This document shows, in pieces, positions 8,828 to 19,004 of a stretch of 64,000 nt of DNA; within the stretch, counting starts at the first letter, position 1, and every line of letters begins with the position of its first letter. The notes beneath the pieces were generated by a model. It was not told the origin of the DNA. It saw only the letters and a program-made list of their open reading frames with translations, and made no database searches. Made by a program: the position numbers and the translations under genes. Source of the stretch: Acidimicrobiia bacterium (lineage in GTDB: Bacteria > Actinomycetota > Acidimicrobiia > Spongiisociales > ZC4RG35); NCBI GenBank assembly GCA_965215185.1, contig OZ244034.1:832001-896000 (forward strand), written 5' to 3'.

Positions 8828-10540
8828 ATGTTCGAAAAGCGTCGACCCGAGTATTCCGATCCTTCCGCCCTCATCGCCCATTTGGAGGGCGAGTTGGCCC
8901 GGCTGCACTCGGAAACACCGCGGCGAATGGACGCCCTTCAGCACCAAATGGAACAGACACGCCGTCAACTTGATCGGGTGCGCGACCAAAATGAAAAACT
9001 CGGCGGACTGCTCACCGAGGCGCGGGAACAACTGGCGATGTTGCGCACCGAGGTGGAGAGGCTGACCAGCCCACCCAACACCTTCGGAACGGTGCTGAAA
9101 GTAGGCACCGACGGGAAGGTGGATCTGGTTACCGGCACTCGCAAACTCCGAGTAGATGCGCAGCCGTCCATCGAGGTGAAGCTACTTCAACCCGGGCAGC
9201 AGGTTCTTTTGAACGAGGCCTATTCCATCATCGACGTACGCGATTTCGACGGGACGGGCGAGGTCATGGTGGTTAAGAACCGCCTTGGACAGGAGAGACT
9301 GTTGGTGCAGGCCCATGGCGACGAGAGTCGGGTGGTGTGGATCGCTGGCCCGTTGCAGGAGACTCCTCTCCGGATGGGCGACAACGTGCGGGTTGATGTG
9401 AGGGGCAACATGGCATTGGAGAGATTGGCTCGTCCCGAGGTGGAGGAATTGATCTTGGAGGAGGTGCCCGACGTCACCTATCTGCACGTGGGAGGACTGA
9501 AGTCCCAGATAGAGATGATCCGCGATGCGGTGGAACTTCCCTATATTCATCGGGAGCTCTTCTCTTGTTACGACCTCAAGCCTCCGCAGGGAATCCTGCT
9601 CTACGGGCCGCCCGGATGCGGCAAGACCCTGATCGCCAAGGCGGTGGCGAACAGCCTGGCCACCGCGGTAGCTGAGCGGACCGGCCAACCGGACACCCAT
9701 TCCTACTTCCTCAACATCAAAGGTCCGGAGTTGCTCAGCAAGTGGGTGGGGGAGACCGAGCGCCAAATCCGCCTCATCTTCCAACGAGCCAGGGAGAAGG
9801 CTTCCGAGGGAGTGCCGGTGATCGTGTTTTTCGATGAAATGGATTCCCTCTTCAGGACTAGGGGAACCGGCATCTCCTCCGATGTGGAGTCAACTATCGT
9901 TCCCCAGCTGCTCGCCGAACTGGACGGGGTGGAGTCGCTGCGCAATGTGATTGTGATCGGCGCCTCCAACCGCGAGGATTTGATCGATCCCGCCATCCTG
10001 CGGCCTGGCCGCCTTGATGTAAAGATAAAGATTTCGCGTCCCGGGGAGGTGGCCGCCAAGGAGATTTTCCGGATCTATCTCACTCCGAATTTGCCATATG
10101 ATCCCCGGGATCTGGCCAAGGCCGGCGGCGATCCCGCTCGGATGGTGGAAGACCTGATCACCGCGGTGGTGGAGGACATGTACTCGGCCAAGAAAGAGAA
10201 CCGGTTCTTGGAGGTCACCTACGCCAACGGTGATCGCGAGATTCTCTTCTTCAAAGACTTCTCCAGCGGCGCCATGATCGAAAACATCGTTCGTCGTTCC
10301 AAAAAGCGCGCCATCAAGCGCCACCTCAGCGGTGGGGAATCTGGTATCGGAACAGAAGATCTGCTGGCGGCGGTCCGGCGGGAATTCCGGGAACATGAAG
10401 ATCTCCCCAACACCACCAATCCCGACGACTGGGCGAAGATCTCCGGAAAAAAGGGAGAACGAATCGTTTATGTGCGAACCCTCTTGGAAGACGGTGAGGG
10501 CCGCATGGTGGAGACGGTAACAACCGGTCAGTACCTCTGA
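8828..10540 (+). CDS. arc: proteasome AAA+ ATPase ARC/Mpa
   Basis: coiled coil, OB region, [16 protein letters not shown]-terminal GQYL; AGGAG RBS. Confidence 0.97.
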   Translation: MFEKRRPEYSDPSALIAHLEGELARLHSETPRRMDALQHQMEQTRRQLDRVRDQNEKLGGLLTEAREQLAMLRTEVERLTSPPNTFGTVLKVGTDGKVDLVTGTRKLRVDAQPSIEVKLLQPGQQVLLNEAYSIIDVRDFDGTGEVMVVKNRLGQERLLVQAHGDESRVVWIAGPLQETPLRMGDNVRVDVRGNMALERLARPEVEELILEEVPDVTYLHVGGLKSQIEMIRDAVELPYIHRELFSCYDLKPPQGILLYGPPGCGKTLIAKAVANSLATAVAERTGQPDTHSYFLNIKGPELLSKWVGETERQIRLIFQRAREKASEGVPVIVFFDEMDSLFRTRGTGISSDVESTIVPQLLAELDGVESLRNVIVIGASNREDLIDPAILRPGRLDVKIKISRPGEVAAKEIFRIYLTPNLPYDPRDLAKAGGDPARMVEDLITAVVEDMYSAKKENRFLEVTYANGDREILFFKDFSSGAMIENIVRRSKKRAIKRHLSGGESGIGTEDLLAAVRREFREHEDLPNTTNPDDWAKISGKKGERIVYVRTLLEDGEGRMVETVTTGQYL

Positions 10541-10562
10541 TAACCCGGATTCCGAGTTCCTA

Positions 10563-12047
10563 ATGGCCATACCCAAGGTACTCGGCACGGAGACCGAGTA
10601 TGGAGTGATCATTCGCAACAGGGATCACCACCATCAGGCCCTCGCCGCGGCGGCGGTGATCGACAATTATCCGGGCGGTCCGGTCCGTGTGCAGTGGTCG
10701 TACGAACACGAGTCGGCGGATAGCGATTCCCGGGGGTTCGGACACGAGAACTTCGGGATGCCCGAGCCTGATTCCGCCCTGATCAATTCGGTGCTCACCA
10801 ACGGCGCCCGCTTTTACGTGGACCATTCCCATCCCGAATACTCGGGCCCTGAATGTCTGGATCCCAAACAGGCCGCGCTCTATGACAAGGCGGGGGAATT
10901 GATTATGGCCAGAGCCGGCCGGGAGGTGCAGAAGAAGCTGCCTCCCAACCAGCAAATCCGGCTTTACAAGAACAACAGCGACGGCAAAAGCAACAGCTAC
11001 GGAGCACACGAGAACTACCTGCTTTCCCGTGGGACACCCTTTGGGAAGGTGATACGGTATCTGCCCACCTTTTTGGTGAGCCGCCAGATATTCACCGGCT
11101 CGGGCAAAGTTGGCGTTGAGAATCACCGCCCATTCTGTTCCTACCAGATAACCCAGCGCGCCGATTTCTTCGAAGAGGTGGTGGGTTTGGAGACCACTCT
11201 GCGCAGACCGATCGTGAATACCCGGGACGAGCCACATGGAGATCCCACTCGTTATCGCCGGTTGCATGTGATCATCGGCGACGCCAATCTCTCCGAGGTG
11301 CAGATGTTCTTGAAGCTGGGGGTCACCGCCTTGTTTCTGCATGCCTTTGAAGACGATGCCCTGCCTTCGGCCTTGGAACTGGCGGAGCCGGTCAAGGCAT
11401 GTTGGCGGATCAGTCACGATCTCACCCTCCGAGAACCAGTGAAACTGCTGGAAGGCAGCACCGCCACCGCCTTGGAGTTGCAGTTCAGCTATCTGGAATG
11501 GCTATCGGAGTACGCCCAGAACCGGATGGAGGAGCCGGTGTGGGAGGAGTTGCTAGACGAATGGGAAAGGGTGCTGGTGGATTTGGAGCGGGACCCGTTT
11601 CTCACCTCCGATCGGTTGGACTGGACCGCCAAATTGAAGTTGTTGGAGAATTACCGCCACCGGCAGAATCTGAGTTGGTCACATCCCCGGTTGGCGGCAG
11701 TGGCGCTTCAGTATCACGATATTGAACCGTCCCGGAGTATCTATCACCGGCTGGTAGCGGGGGGAGCGATGCGACGGCTGTTCACCGATGCGGAAGTGGA
11801 GAGAGCCGAACGGTACCCTCCTGAGGACACTCGGGCTTGGTTTAGAGGCACATGCGTTTCCCGGTTCGGCCCCTCCTTGGTGGCGGCTAACTGGGATTCG
11901 CTGTTATTCGAAACGAGCCCAGGTGATCTTGTAAAGGTGTCTATGATGGAACCTTTGAAAGGTAGCCGAGTCAGTGCCGGTCCGTTGCTGGACCGTATAT
12001 CCGATGCGGCCGAACTGATCCGCGAGTTGGGTAAGAAGAATGGCTGA
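10563..12047 (+). CDS. dop: depupylase/deamidase Dop
   Basis: [44 protein letters not shown]. Confidence 0.92.
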   Translation: MAIPKVLGTETEYGVIIRNRDHHHQALAAAAVIDNYPGGPVRVQWSYEHESADSDSRGFGHENFGMPEPDSALINSVLTNGARFYVDHSHPEYSGPECLDPKQAALYDKAGELIMARAGREVQKKLPPNQQIRLYKNNSDGKSNSYGAHENYLLSRGTPFGKVIRYLPTFLVSRQIFTGSGKVGVENHRPFCSYQITQRADFFEEVVGLETTLRRPIVNTRDEPHGDPTRYRRLHVIIGDANLSEVQMFLKLGVTALFLHAFEDDALPSALELAEPVKACWRISHDLTLREPVKLLEGSTATALELQFSYLEWLSEYAQNRMEEPVWEELLDEWERVLVDLERDPFLTSDRLDWTAKLKLLENYRHRQNLSWSHPRLAAVALQYHDIEPSRSIYHRLVAGGAMRRLFTDAEVERAERYPPEDTRAWFRGTCVSRFGPSLVAANWDSLLFETSPGDLVKVSMMEPLKGSRVSAGPLLDRISDAAELIRELGKKNG

Positions 12048-12237
12048 TCAAGAGAAGGGCAGGCGCCGCGGCCGGTCCACGGGCGGGCCTCCCGCTGAAG
12101 GAAGTGATCTATCCGGGTTGGGGATGGCGCAGGCCGACTCCCAAAAGATTGACGACCTCTTGGATGAGATCGACAGCGTGCTGGAAGAAAACGCCGAGGA
12201 GTTTGTAAGAAACTACATACAGAAGGGTGGGGAGTGA
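12040..12237 (+). CDS. pup: prokaryotic ubiquitin-like protein Pup (GGE end)
   Basis: [28 protein letters not shown]. Confidence 0.97.
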   Translation: MADQEKGRRRGRSTGGPPAEGSDLSGLGMAQADSQKIDDLLDEIDSVLEENAEEFVRNYIQKGGE

Positions 12238-13031
12238 AGGAGTCGCCAGAGTGGGGACTGCCACTTGGAGCGCCTATTCCCGGATCAAGCTTCTCCGACC
12301 TTCTGGATTCGTTGGGTTTGGCGCCCAGTTGGAAGGTGCCCGTCTCGACCACCCGCACCCTCCATGCTCCCGAAGGCACCACGGTGTTGGCTTCCCGCTA
12401 CCGGCACGGGGTAGTAATCGGCGGTGATCGCCAAGCCACGCAAGGACATCAGATCGCCCATCGCAGGATCCGCAAGGTTTACCCGTCCGATCGGATGTCG
12501 GCGGTGGCGGTGGCTGGAACAGCGGGCCTTGCACTGGAGATGGTGCGGTTGTTCAGCGTCGAACTGGAACACTATGAGAAGATCGAGGGAGCGATGCTCA
12601 GCCTGGAAGGCAAAGCCAATTTCCTATCGAGGCTGGTGCGGGCCCAGTTGCCGCTGGCTTTTCAGGGCTTGGCGGTGGTACCGCTGTTTGCGGGGTACGA
12701 CCAGAAAACCAATAAAGGCAGGGTCTACACCTTCGATGTAGTGGGGGGACGTTACGAAGAGCAGGACTACGGAGCGGCGGGGTCGGGAGCCGTTCAGGCG
12801 AGGGCTTATCTTCGCACGGCGTGGAAGGCCGATATGAGCGAGGAGTGCGTCATACAAAAGGTGATGGGAGCCTTGGTGGCCGCCGCCGACGTAGACGTGG
12901 CCACGGGCGGGCCCGATCTGCGACGGGGCATTCTTCCCAACCTGGTGGTGATCGACGGAGACGGGGCGAGGGAAGTCCTAGATGAACACTTGACGGAGGT
13001 GGCCCGTTTGGCACTGAGGGAAGGCCAATGA
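12234..13031 (+). CDS. prcB: 20S proteasome beta subunit
   Basis: propeptide SSF.DLL, G/TT catalytic Thr, [17 protein letters not shown]. Confidence 0.95.
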   Translation: MKESPEWGLPLGAPIPGSSFSDLLDSLGLAPSWKVPVSTTRTLHAPEGTTVLASRYRHGVVIGGDRQATQGHQIAHRRIRKVYPSDRMSAVAVAGTAGLALEMVRLFSVELEHYEKIEGAMLSLEGKANFLSRLVRAQLPLAFQGLAVVPLFAGYDQKTNKGRVYTFDVVGGRYEEQDYGAAGSGAVQARAYLRTAWKADMSEECVIQKVMGALVAAADVDVATGGPDLRRGILPNLVVIDGDGAREVLDEHLTEVARLALREGQ

Positions 13032-13732
13032 ATCCCGGTTTCTATGTCACACCTGAACAATTGGTGCGTGATCGGGCTGAATTTGCTCGCAAGGGGATTG
13101 CCCGGGGACGTTCCATTCTGGCCATGGAGTACCAAGATGGCATCCTGATGTTGGCGGAGAACCCCGGAGGAGCCCTTCACAAAATCAGCGAGGTTTACGA
13201 TCGTATTGCCTTTGCCGGAGTGGGTCGCTACAACGAATTCGAAACGCTCCGCAAGGCCGGTATCCGCCAAGCCGATTTGATGGGGTATCTCTACAGCCGC
13301 GACGATGTCACGGCCTTGGGGCTGGCGACGGCCTTCTCGCAGACTTTGGGGGTGATCTTCTCACACGAGACCAAACCCTTCGAGGTGGAACTGCTGATAT
13401 GCGAATTGGGAACAAACGGACAATCCAACCAACTGTTGCAGATCAGCTACGACGGAACTTTGTTGGAGGGAAGACGGGCACTGGCGATCGGCGGCAAGGC
13501 CGATGTCCTGGGTGGGGCGCTGCGAGAACGTTTTGAAGAGGGATTGGATCTGAATGCTGCGCTCCAGATGGGAATGGAGGTGTTCGCCAAGACTGAACGG
13601 CGGCCTTTGGACGGATGGGAAGCGGCAGTATTGGAGCGGGGATCGGCCAGACGGTGTTTCCGTCGACTGGCCGATCCCGAGTTGGAAAGGGCATCCTGTC
13701 AAGCCCTTTCCAACTTAGAAGTCAGCGAGTGA
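13028..13732 (+). CDS. prcA: 20S proteasome alpha subunit
   Basis: FYV.PEQ..RDRAEFARKGIARGRS, LHKISEVYDRI. Confidence 0.95.
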   Translation: MNPGFYVTPEQLVRDRAEFARKGIARGRSILAMEYQDGILMLAENPGGALHKISEVYDRIAFAGVGRYNEFETLRKAGIRQADLMGYLYSRDDVTALGLATAFSQTLGVIFSHETKPFEVELLICELGTNGQSNQLLQISYDGTLLEGRRALAIGGKADVLGGALRERFEEGLDLNAALQMGMEVFAKTERRPLDGWEAAVLERGSARRCFRRLADPELERASCQALSNLEVSE

Positions 13733-14726
13733 GCGCCTCGGCAATCAGCCGAGCATTGGCCACAATCCACTTCGCATAGGTGTCGGCATCGGAGCCCGCT
13801 GGCCCTAAGGATCCGGTGCGAAGTTCAACCACTTCCAGAGGCGGATCGAATTCCGCAGCTATGGTTCGGGCAAACCCGGAGCCGGTGGTTGTCTCGGTGA
13901 AGATAGCCGGGGCACCTTCCGCGCGCAATATCTCCACCAATTGGGCGAGGTGGTCAGTGCCGGGCTGGGCAAGAGTGCTTCCACCCGAGAGGATGGTGTC
14001 GAGTATTTCGAATCCGAAATACACTCCGAAATAAGAGAAGGAATCATGGTTGGTCACAAGCTTGCGCTGTGATGAGGGAACCACCGCCAGAATCTCTTCG
14101 GCTTCGGCTGCGGCACCACGAATTACCTCGACATAACGCTCGCCTCGTGACGTCCACTCCTCGGCGGTAAGCCCGCCTCCGACTTCGGCCAATTCCGCCG
14201 CGATCAACCGAACCGCCTGTTCCACCCGGGAAGGATCAAACCAGAAATGGGGATCGAAACCTCCTCCGTGCTCGTCCTCATCCTCATCTTCCTCTCCCTC
14301 CTCCTCGTCGTGAGCACCCATGCCTTCCCCCCATTCCAGGGGATCTACAAACTCGCCCACTTCGAGAATTCGCGCTCCATCCTGACGGGCCGATTCGAAC
14401 ACCGCTATCAGGCTCTCTTCCAGAGACAAACCGTTGGCTACCACCAGATCCGCAGTCCGGATCTTTACCCCGTCCTGAGAGGAAGCTTGAAAGTCGTGCG
14501 GATCCGCCCCGATCGGCAGCAAGACCTCCACGATTGCGTTGTCTCCCGCCACCCCTCGCACCAAGTCACCCAGGATGGTGGTGGTCGCCAGCACCATTAA
14601 CTCCGCCGACCCTGATTGACTCCCGGAAGCAGGGGCGGGTTCCTCGGTCCCGCCACCGCAGGCCGCCATCACCAACGTGGCCGCCAAAAGACCTGTCCAG
14701 ACTCTGAGTTTCGCTGACCTTCGCAT
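13722..14726 (-). CDS. metal (Zn/Mn) ABC transporter substrate-binding lipoprotein, ZnuA-like
   Basis: MAAC lipobox, DPHDF, NGLSLE, acidic/His loop, DPHFWFDP, HDSFSYF; GAAGGAG RBS. Confidence 0.9.
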   Translation of the reverse strand: MRRSAKLRVWTGLLAATLVMAACGGGTEEPAPASGSQSGSAELMVLATTTILGDLVRGVAGDNAIVEVLLPIGADPHDFQASSQDGVKIRTADLVVANGLSLEESLIAVFESARQDGARILEVGEFVDPLEWGEGMGAHDEEEGEEDEDEDEHGGGFDPHFWFDPSRVEQAVRLIAAELAEVGGGLTAEEWTSRGERYVEVIRGAAAEAEEILAVVPSSQRKLVTNHDSFSYFGVYFGFEILDTILSGGSTLAQPGTDHLAQLVEILRAEGAPAIFTETTTGSGFARTIAAEFDPPLEVVELRTGSLGPAGSDADTYAKWIVANARLIAEALTR

Positions 14727-14746
14727 TTGTCGACTCCTTCTTGAGG

Positions 14747-14767
14747 TGATACTGATTATCATTATCA
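14747..14767. promoter_or_regulatory. Fur/Zur-family operator
   Basis: TGATACTGATTATCATTATCA matches the classic Fur box TGATAATGATAATCATTATCA at 19/21 positions, 20 bp upstream of the metal-binding lipoprotein start. Confidence 0.75.
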
Positions 14768-14877
14768 TAACAAGGAGTTGCCGTCGGTTAAAGCCAGCGT
14801 CGAGCCGGGGCCGACTCGGCCAATTTCCCCAACCAGCGATTGGCTGACCCGATACCCTCCGATCTGACCATCCCGTT

Positions 14878-15132
14878 TTAGGACGCGGGTTTGGCCAGGC
14901 GTCTCAGAGGCGGGTCGTAGCGGGGAGGGACCTTGCGAGGCGGCAAATCCGAAAGCAAGTGGCCAGTGGCCAGGCTGATCTGCGACACTGCCCGCTCGAA
15001 TGCCTCTTCGGTGGCCGGCGAGGTCTTCTGCACCCCACTCACTTTCCGAACGTATTGACGGGCGGCGGCTTCGATCTCCTCGGCGGTGGCCGCCGGCTCG
15101 AGCCCCCGCAAGGTGGTGATGTTTCGACACAT
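14878..15132 (-). CDS. DUF2277 family protein
   Basis: MCRNITTLRGLEPAAT.EEI.AAARQYVRKVSG. Confidence 0.85.
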   Translation of the reverse strand: MCRNITTLRGLEPAATAEEIEAAARQYVRKVSGVQKTSPATEEAFERAVSQISLATGHLLSDLPPRKVPPRYDPPLRRLAKPAS

Positions 15133-15219
15133 CACCGAGATTGTATAGCGGCGGACCAGGAGTTCAGAACACGCCCGATTCACACCAAATCGGGCTTCTG
15201 ATAGCCGGGTTCCTTTGCT

Positions 15220-16290
15220 TCAAGTGGGAGGAAAGGGAAGCTGGAGCCATGCCGGTCGCCCGGAGGTCTCTATCTGCACCACCCATTTGACCCACCAGAA
15301 TCCCCGGCGGCCCGGAGCAACGACTCGAGCGGGAAACCCGTGGCCGGAACTGAGCGGCTGTCCTCCCAAGCGCGTGGCCAACCACAACCCGGAAAGATCG
15401 GCGACCGGGAACCGGCGTTGATATCCGGTGGCGGATCTCACCACCACGCTTCGGGCCTCGCCAGGTTGGATCAACTGGTCCATTCGGACTCCCTCCCATT
15501 GCTGTTCCGAATACCAGCCGCCGGTGCAGTCCAAGATGGCGGTGATGGTCTCTCCGGGGAATCGAGCCAGATCTTCCATCGTCATTTCCCGGCCATCCAC
15601 ATCGAGTCTCCAGGAGAGATTGTCAATATTTGGAATACGGTCGTTGAACCAGGAGGTGACGGGCATAAGGGCGGGGTTGGCGGAGCCGCGTTCATGAGAG
15701 CCGGTGAAGCGACGGCGACCGCCGGGCCAGCCAGCCGCCCGTAACTGGGCCTCCCAGCCTGCCCATACCAACGCCGCCAGGCTCACCAGGCCTACCGAAC
15801 GCAATAAGGCCCTCCGATCCACGTCGATGCTCCGCAAGTGCACTGGATGGGAGCGGTAGTGCAGCCAAACCATCACCACCGCCGCCACACCTGCACCCAC
15901 ATGCACCTGCATCACCGTGAGCGGGCCGATCCGGTCCGTCCATCCCGTGGCGTGTAGTAGCCCTGATCCCAGTGTGATCGCCACCAAACCGCCCAAAGCT
16001 ACCGAGATCCACCGGGCAGATCGCCGGCGAGCCATGCCACGTTTGACGATCGCCGATTTCCAAGGGGTGAGGAGGGCCACCGACAAAGCCACCACCGCGT
16101 GAATCACAACAGGATCAACCAGAAGGTCCATACCCACTGCGAAGGAGAGTCCCCCGGTGAGCGCCGCCAAAGGCAGGAGAACAGCCAGGGCCAGATTGGT
16201 CCGGCGTCCCGAGGAGGAGCGAGCACTCGCCTTCTTCACGTCCGCGGCTCTAAGTGGGGCAGTTCCAGGTTTGCCACCCCTCTCCTTCAT
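15220..16290 (-). CDS. membrane-bound molybdopterin-dependent oxidoreductase (sulfite oxidase/MsrP-like); start uncertain
   Basis: N-terminal TM helices, LDCTGGW, HGFPARVVAPGRRGFWWVKW. Confidence 0.85.
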   Translation of the reverse strand: MKERGGKPGTAPLRAADVKKASARSSSGRRTNLALAVLLPLAALTGGLSFAVGMDLLVDPVVIHAVVALSVALLTPWKSAIVKRGMARRRSARWISVALGGLVAITLGSGLLHATGWTDRIGPLTVMQVHVGAGVAAVVMVWLHYRSHPVHLRSIDVDRRALLRSVGLVSLAALVWAGWEAQLRAAGWPGGRRRFTGSHERGSANPALMPVTSWFNDRIPNIDNLSWRLDVDGREMTMEDLARFPGETITAILDCTGGWYSEQQWEGVRMDQLIQPGEARSVVVRSATGYQRRFPVADLSGLWLATRLGGQPLSSGHGFPARVVAPGRRGFWWVKWVVQIETSGRPAWLQLPFPPT

Positions 16291-16918
16291 AGACCAGGTA
16301 GGCGGCCACTGCCGTGTTTGCAACGGGATCGAAGGGGTCATATCCGCGGAAACCCGCCAGTTGGGCATGATCCGGCCAGAAGGCAGGATCATGCTGAAAG
16401 AGTCCCATACTGCCTCTGAGGGGATCAATGGACTGCGGATCGAAATGGGACAGACACCAGGCAAGACGAAGCGCCCGCAGGACGTCACTTTCGAGGAAAT
16501 ACCGGGAGGTGATGGTCATCACCTCCGCCGAGGTGAGGGTTTTGCGTCTCAAGAAAGGCGCATCGGATGGGCCGCTCTCCAAGATGGCGCCGAATGATCC
16601 TACGTTCTCCAGATCCTCGGGCAAAAGGTCGGACACTTCGGTCGAGACCTCGTCGGACAGCGGTGCTTGGCGGGTGAGGGCGGAAACCAGCAACTGGGCG
16701 GCAGCCCCGCCGGCATTTCGACCGTGGAGGATGAAAGCAGTGCGCTCTCCCGGGCCCAACTGCTGAGGCTCGGGTTGGGAGAGCAGGTTGAAGAGCCCGA
16801 GTACGGTCACCACCAGAACAAAGAAGGAAATGCTAAACCAGATCACCCGGCGCCTGCGCAGTTGCTGAAGCCAATCCCGCTCGGGCTGGTTATAGGCGCG
16901 GGTTGGGGTGGACCTCAT
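16250..16918 (-). CDS. membrane-anchored lytic-transglycosylase (SLT)-like protein
   Basis: TM helix, AWC-x-S, GLFQH..W, DPVAN..AAYL, GW..W.C; ATGA coupling with upstream gene. Confidence 0.7.
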   Translation of the reverse strand: MRSTPTRAYNQPERDWLQQLRRRRVIWFSISFFVLVVTVLGLFNLLSQPEPQQLGPGERTAFILHGRNAGGAAAQLLVSALTRQAPLSDEVSTEVSDLLPEDLENVGSFGAILESGPSDAPFLRRKTLTSAEVMTITSRYFLESDVLRALRLAWCLSHFDPQSIDPLRGSMGLFQHDPAFWPDHAQLAGFRGYDPFDPVANTAVAAYLVYEGEGWQTWNCPT

Positions 16919-18045
16919 GCCGGGAAAGCGGAAACGATCCTTTCCCGCGCCTCGATCCATGCTCGGTTCTTGATGTCCAAGAAGCCCAGATGGCCACCGT
17001 GGGTGAGGATCAATGTCTCGGTCTGATCACCGGCCGCCGACGCCTCCCTTACAAATCCGGTGGAGTGCTCCGAAGAGACCACCTTATCGTCAGCAGCGTG
17101 GATCATCAGGGTGTTCACGCCCAGCGGCGCCAGTGAGCGGGGAGAAGCGGCCCGCGGCTCCTGCCCCATCAGGTAGGCGCGGTCCAGGTCGCTGTCCCGG
17201 CGTAACGTGGTGACGCCGGCTAGGGAAACCGCCAGCCTGGGAGTCTTTGAGAACCTGCGCCACCAAAGAGCGGTCATCAGGGCCATGTTGCCTCCGGCCG
17301 AATGCCCTATCAGTGCCACCCGGTCCGAATCCAGCTCCGCCCGGGAGTCGATTGTGCGTCGGACTTGGCCCGTGGATTCCACGGTGGCCGGGAACCGACC
17401 ATCGCCATGAGGTGGTAAATACTCGAAGTTAAATGTGGCGTATCCCCGGGAGGCCAGATCAACGGCCATCCCATCCAATTGGTCTCTGCGCCACTGGCCC
17501 ATCCACCCTCCTCCGTGCAGCAATACCGCTACCGGATGTGGACTGGGACCTTCGGGCAGCCGGAGATCACCCTCTGCTCCCTGGTCTCCCAGAATGGTTT
17601 CAGGATTGCCCAGCCGTCGGTAGTGGAGATGGCGGATGCCCCACAAATAACCATCGGTGCCTCTGCCGTAGATGGTTCGCACGCAGGCGGGCGAGACTAC
17701 CGAACGTCGTCGCCAAGGCTCTCTCTTCATGATGTTGGAAATGTGAATCTCGACGGTGGGGATCTCCACGGCCGCTATGGCGTCGGCCAGGGAGTACGAG
17801 TAGTGGGTCAACGCTCCGGGGTTGATCAGCACACCATCCACCTGACCCCGCAGTCCATGCAGGTAATCGATGATGGCGCCCTCGTGGTTAGATTGATAGT
17901 GGGAGATATCGGCCCCGATAGTTCGTCCCCATGCTTTTAGCAGGCGCACCAGCTTGTCCAAGGTGGTGTGCCCGTAAACATCGGGTTGGCGAGTGCCCAA
18001 CAGGTTCAGGTTTGGACCATTGACTACTGCTATCCGCATGCCCAT
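16915..18045 (-). CDS. aroQ: type II 3-dehydroquinate dehydratase fused to an alpha/beta hydrolase
   Basis: NGPNLNLLGTR.P.VYG, QSNHEG, INPGALTHYS, EIHISN, then in frame HGGGW, GHSAGG, D and H triad motifs. Confidence 0.88.
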   Translation of the reverse strand: MGMRIAVVNGPNLNLLGTRQPDVYGHTTLDKLVRLLKAWGRTIGADISHYQSNHEGAIIDYLHGLRGQVDGVLINPGALTHYSYSLADAIAAVEIPTVEIHISNIMKREPWRRRSVVSPACVRTIYGRGTDGYLWGIRHLHYRRLGNPETILGDQGAEGDLRLPEGPSPHPVAVLLHGGGWMGQWRRDQLDGMAVDLASRGYATFNFEYLPPHGDGRFPATVESTGQVRRTIDSRAELDSDRVALIGHSAGGNMALMTALWWRRFSKTPRLAVSLAGVTTLRRDSDLDRAYLMGQEPRAASPRSLAPLGVNTLMIHAADDKVVSSEHSTGFVREASAAGDQTETLILTHGGHLGFLDIKNRAWIEARERIVSAFPA

Positions 18046-18055
18046 TGTTTTGAGG

Positions 18056-18850
18056 CTACTCACCACCGATGGGTTCTGTGACTGGTAAATGGTCGGCAAG
18101 CAGTTGGTGGGCCATTGCGAGGGTGCGAGGATCCAAGCTCCCTTCCGATATCTGTGCATTGGACGCCAGCTCGGCCACCAGGGCCTCCGAAACTTGGTCG
18201 ATGGTGATGTCGGCCTGCGCAGCCCGCAGCGACCCGGTGGCCGTCGGCTGCCAATCAAAGGAGAGTGCCCGGTACACCGGGGTGAGCACCTGGTTGATTG
18301 CTTCACGTCCGAATACCACCACCACCCCTCCCACATGAGCCACCCCTCGGCGCAGCCGCTGACCCACCCCCATGACTTTCCACCGTCCTGCCAGGTTGAC
18401 GCTGTAGCGGCCCGGGCAGTACTCGCCCGGCACTTCCCCCACCCGGGCGTCGAAGCCCAGAGACACAAGTGCCCCTATCACGATCCGATCTATCTGGGTA
18501 AAACGCGAAGAGATCTCTCGCAGTGGGTCCGTAGTGGGAATGGCCCAGGAAAATGCCAGCGTTCCCTCGTGAAAGACCGCCGCCCGACCCCCTGCCAGGC
18601 GCTCCACTGGATCGAAGCCCTCCGCCCGGCAAGCCTCCACAGCCTCCTGATATCCCTTGGACACCACATCCTGGCGGCCGAAGGCAACTATCCGTCCAGG
18701 TACGTAGAGGCGGAATGTTTCGCCCAACTGCCCGGTGGCCACTTGATTCAAGATGGCATGGGAGACCGCGGTGTCGAAAGCAGGATTCTCCGGGTGGGAT
18801 TGCCCAATCAGGGTGATAGGTCGCTGGATATCCAATGTATCACCGTTCAT
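18056..18850 (-). CDS. lipoate-protein ligase/octanoyltransferase family protein
   Basis: R.AGGRAAVFH, GEYCPG.YSVN, KVMGVGQR. Confidence 0.85.
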   Translation of the reverse strand: MNGDTLDIQRPITLIGQSHPENPAFDTAVSHAILNQVATGQLGETFRLYVPGRIVAFGRQDVVSKGYQEAVEACRAEGFDPVERLAGGRAAVFHEGTLAFSWAIPTTDPLREISSRFTQIDRIVIGALVSLGFDARVGEVPGEYCPGRYSVNLAGRWKVMGVGQRLRRGVAHVGGVVVVFGREAINQVLTPVYRALSFDWQPTATGSLRAAQADITIDQVSEALVAELASNAQISEGSLDPRTLAMAHQLLADHLPVTEPIGGE

Positions 18851-19004
18851 TGTCGCCGGAAGTCAGGCGTAAACCGAAATCGGCTGGTGAGATTCGGGTC
18901 GGGGATCCCCAACCGAATCCCGCCGTTCAGAGTCGGGAGGGACACCTAGGGCGTTGCGGATTCGAAGAATTCGAGGACATGGGTTTTCCGAACCAGGGCC
19001 GCGT

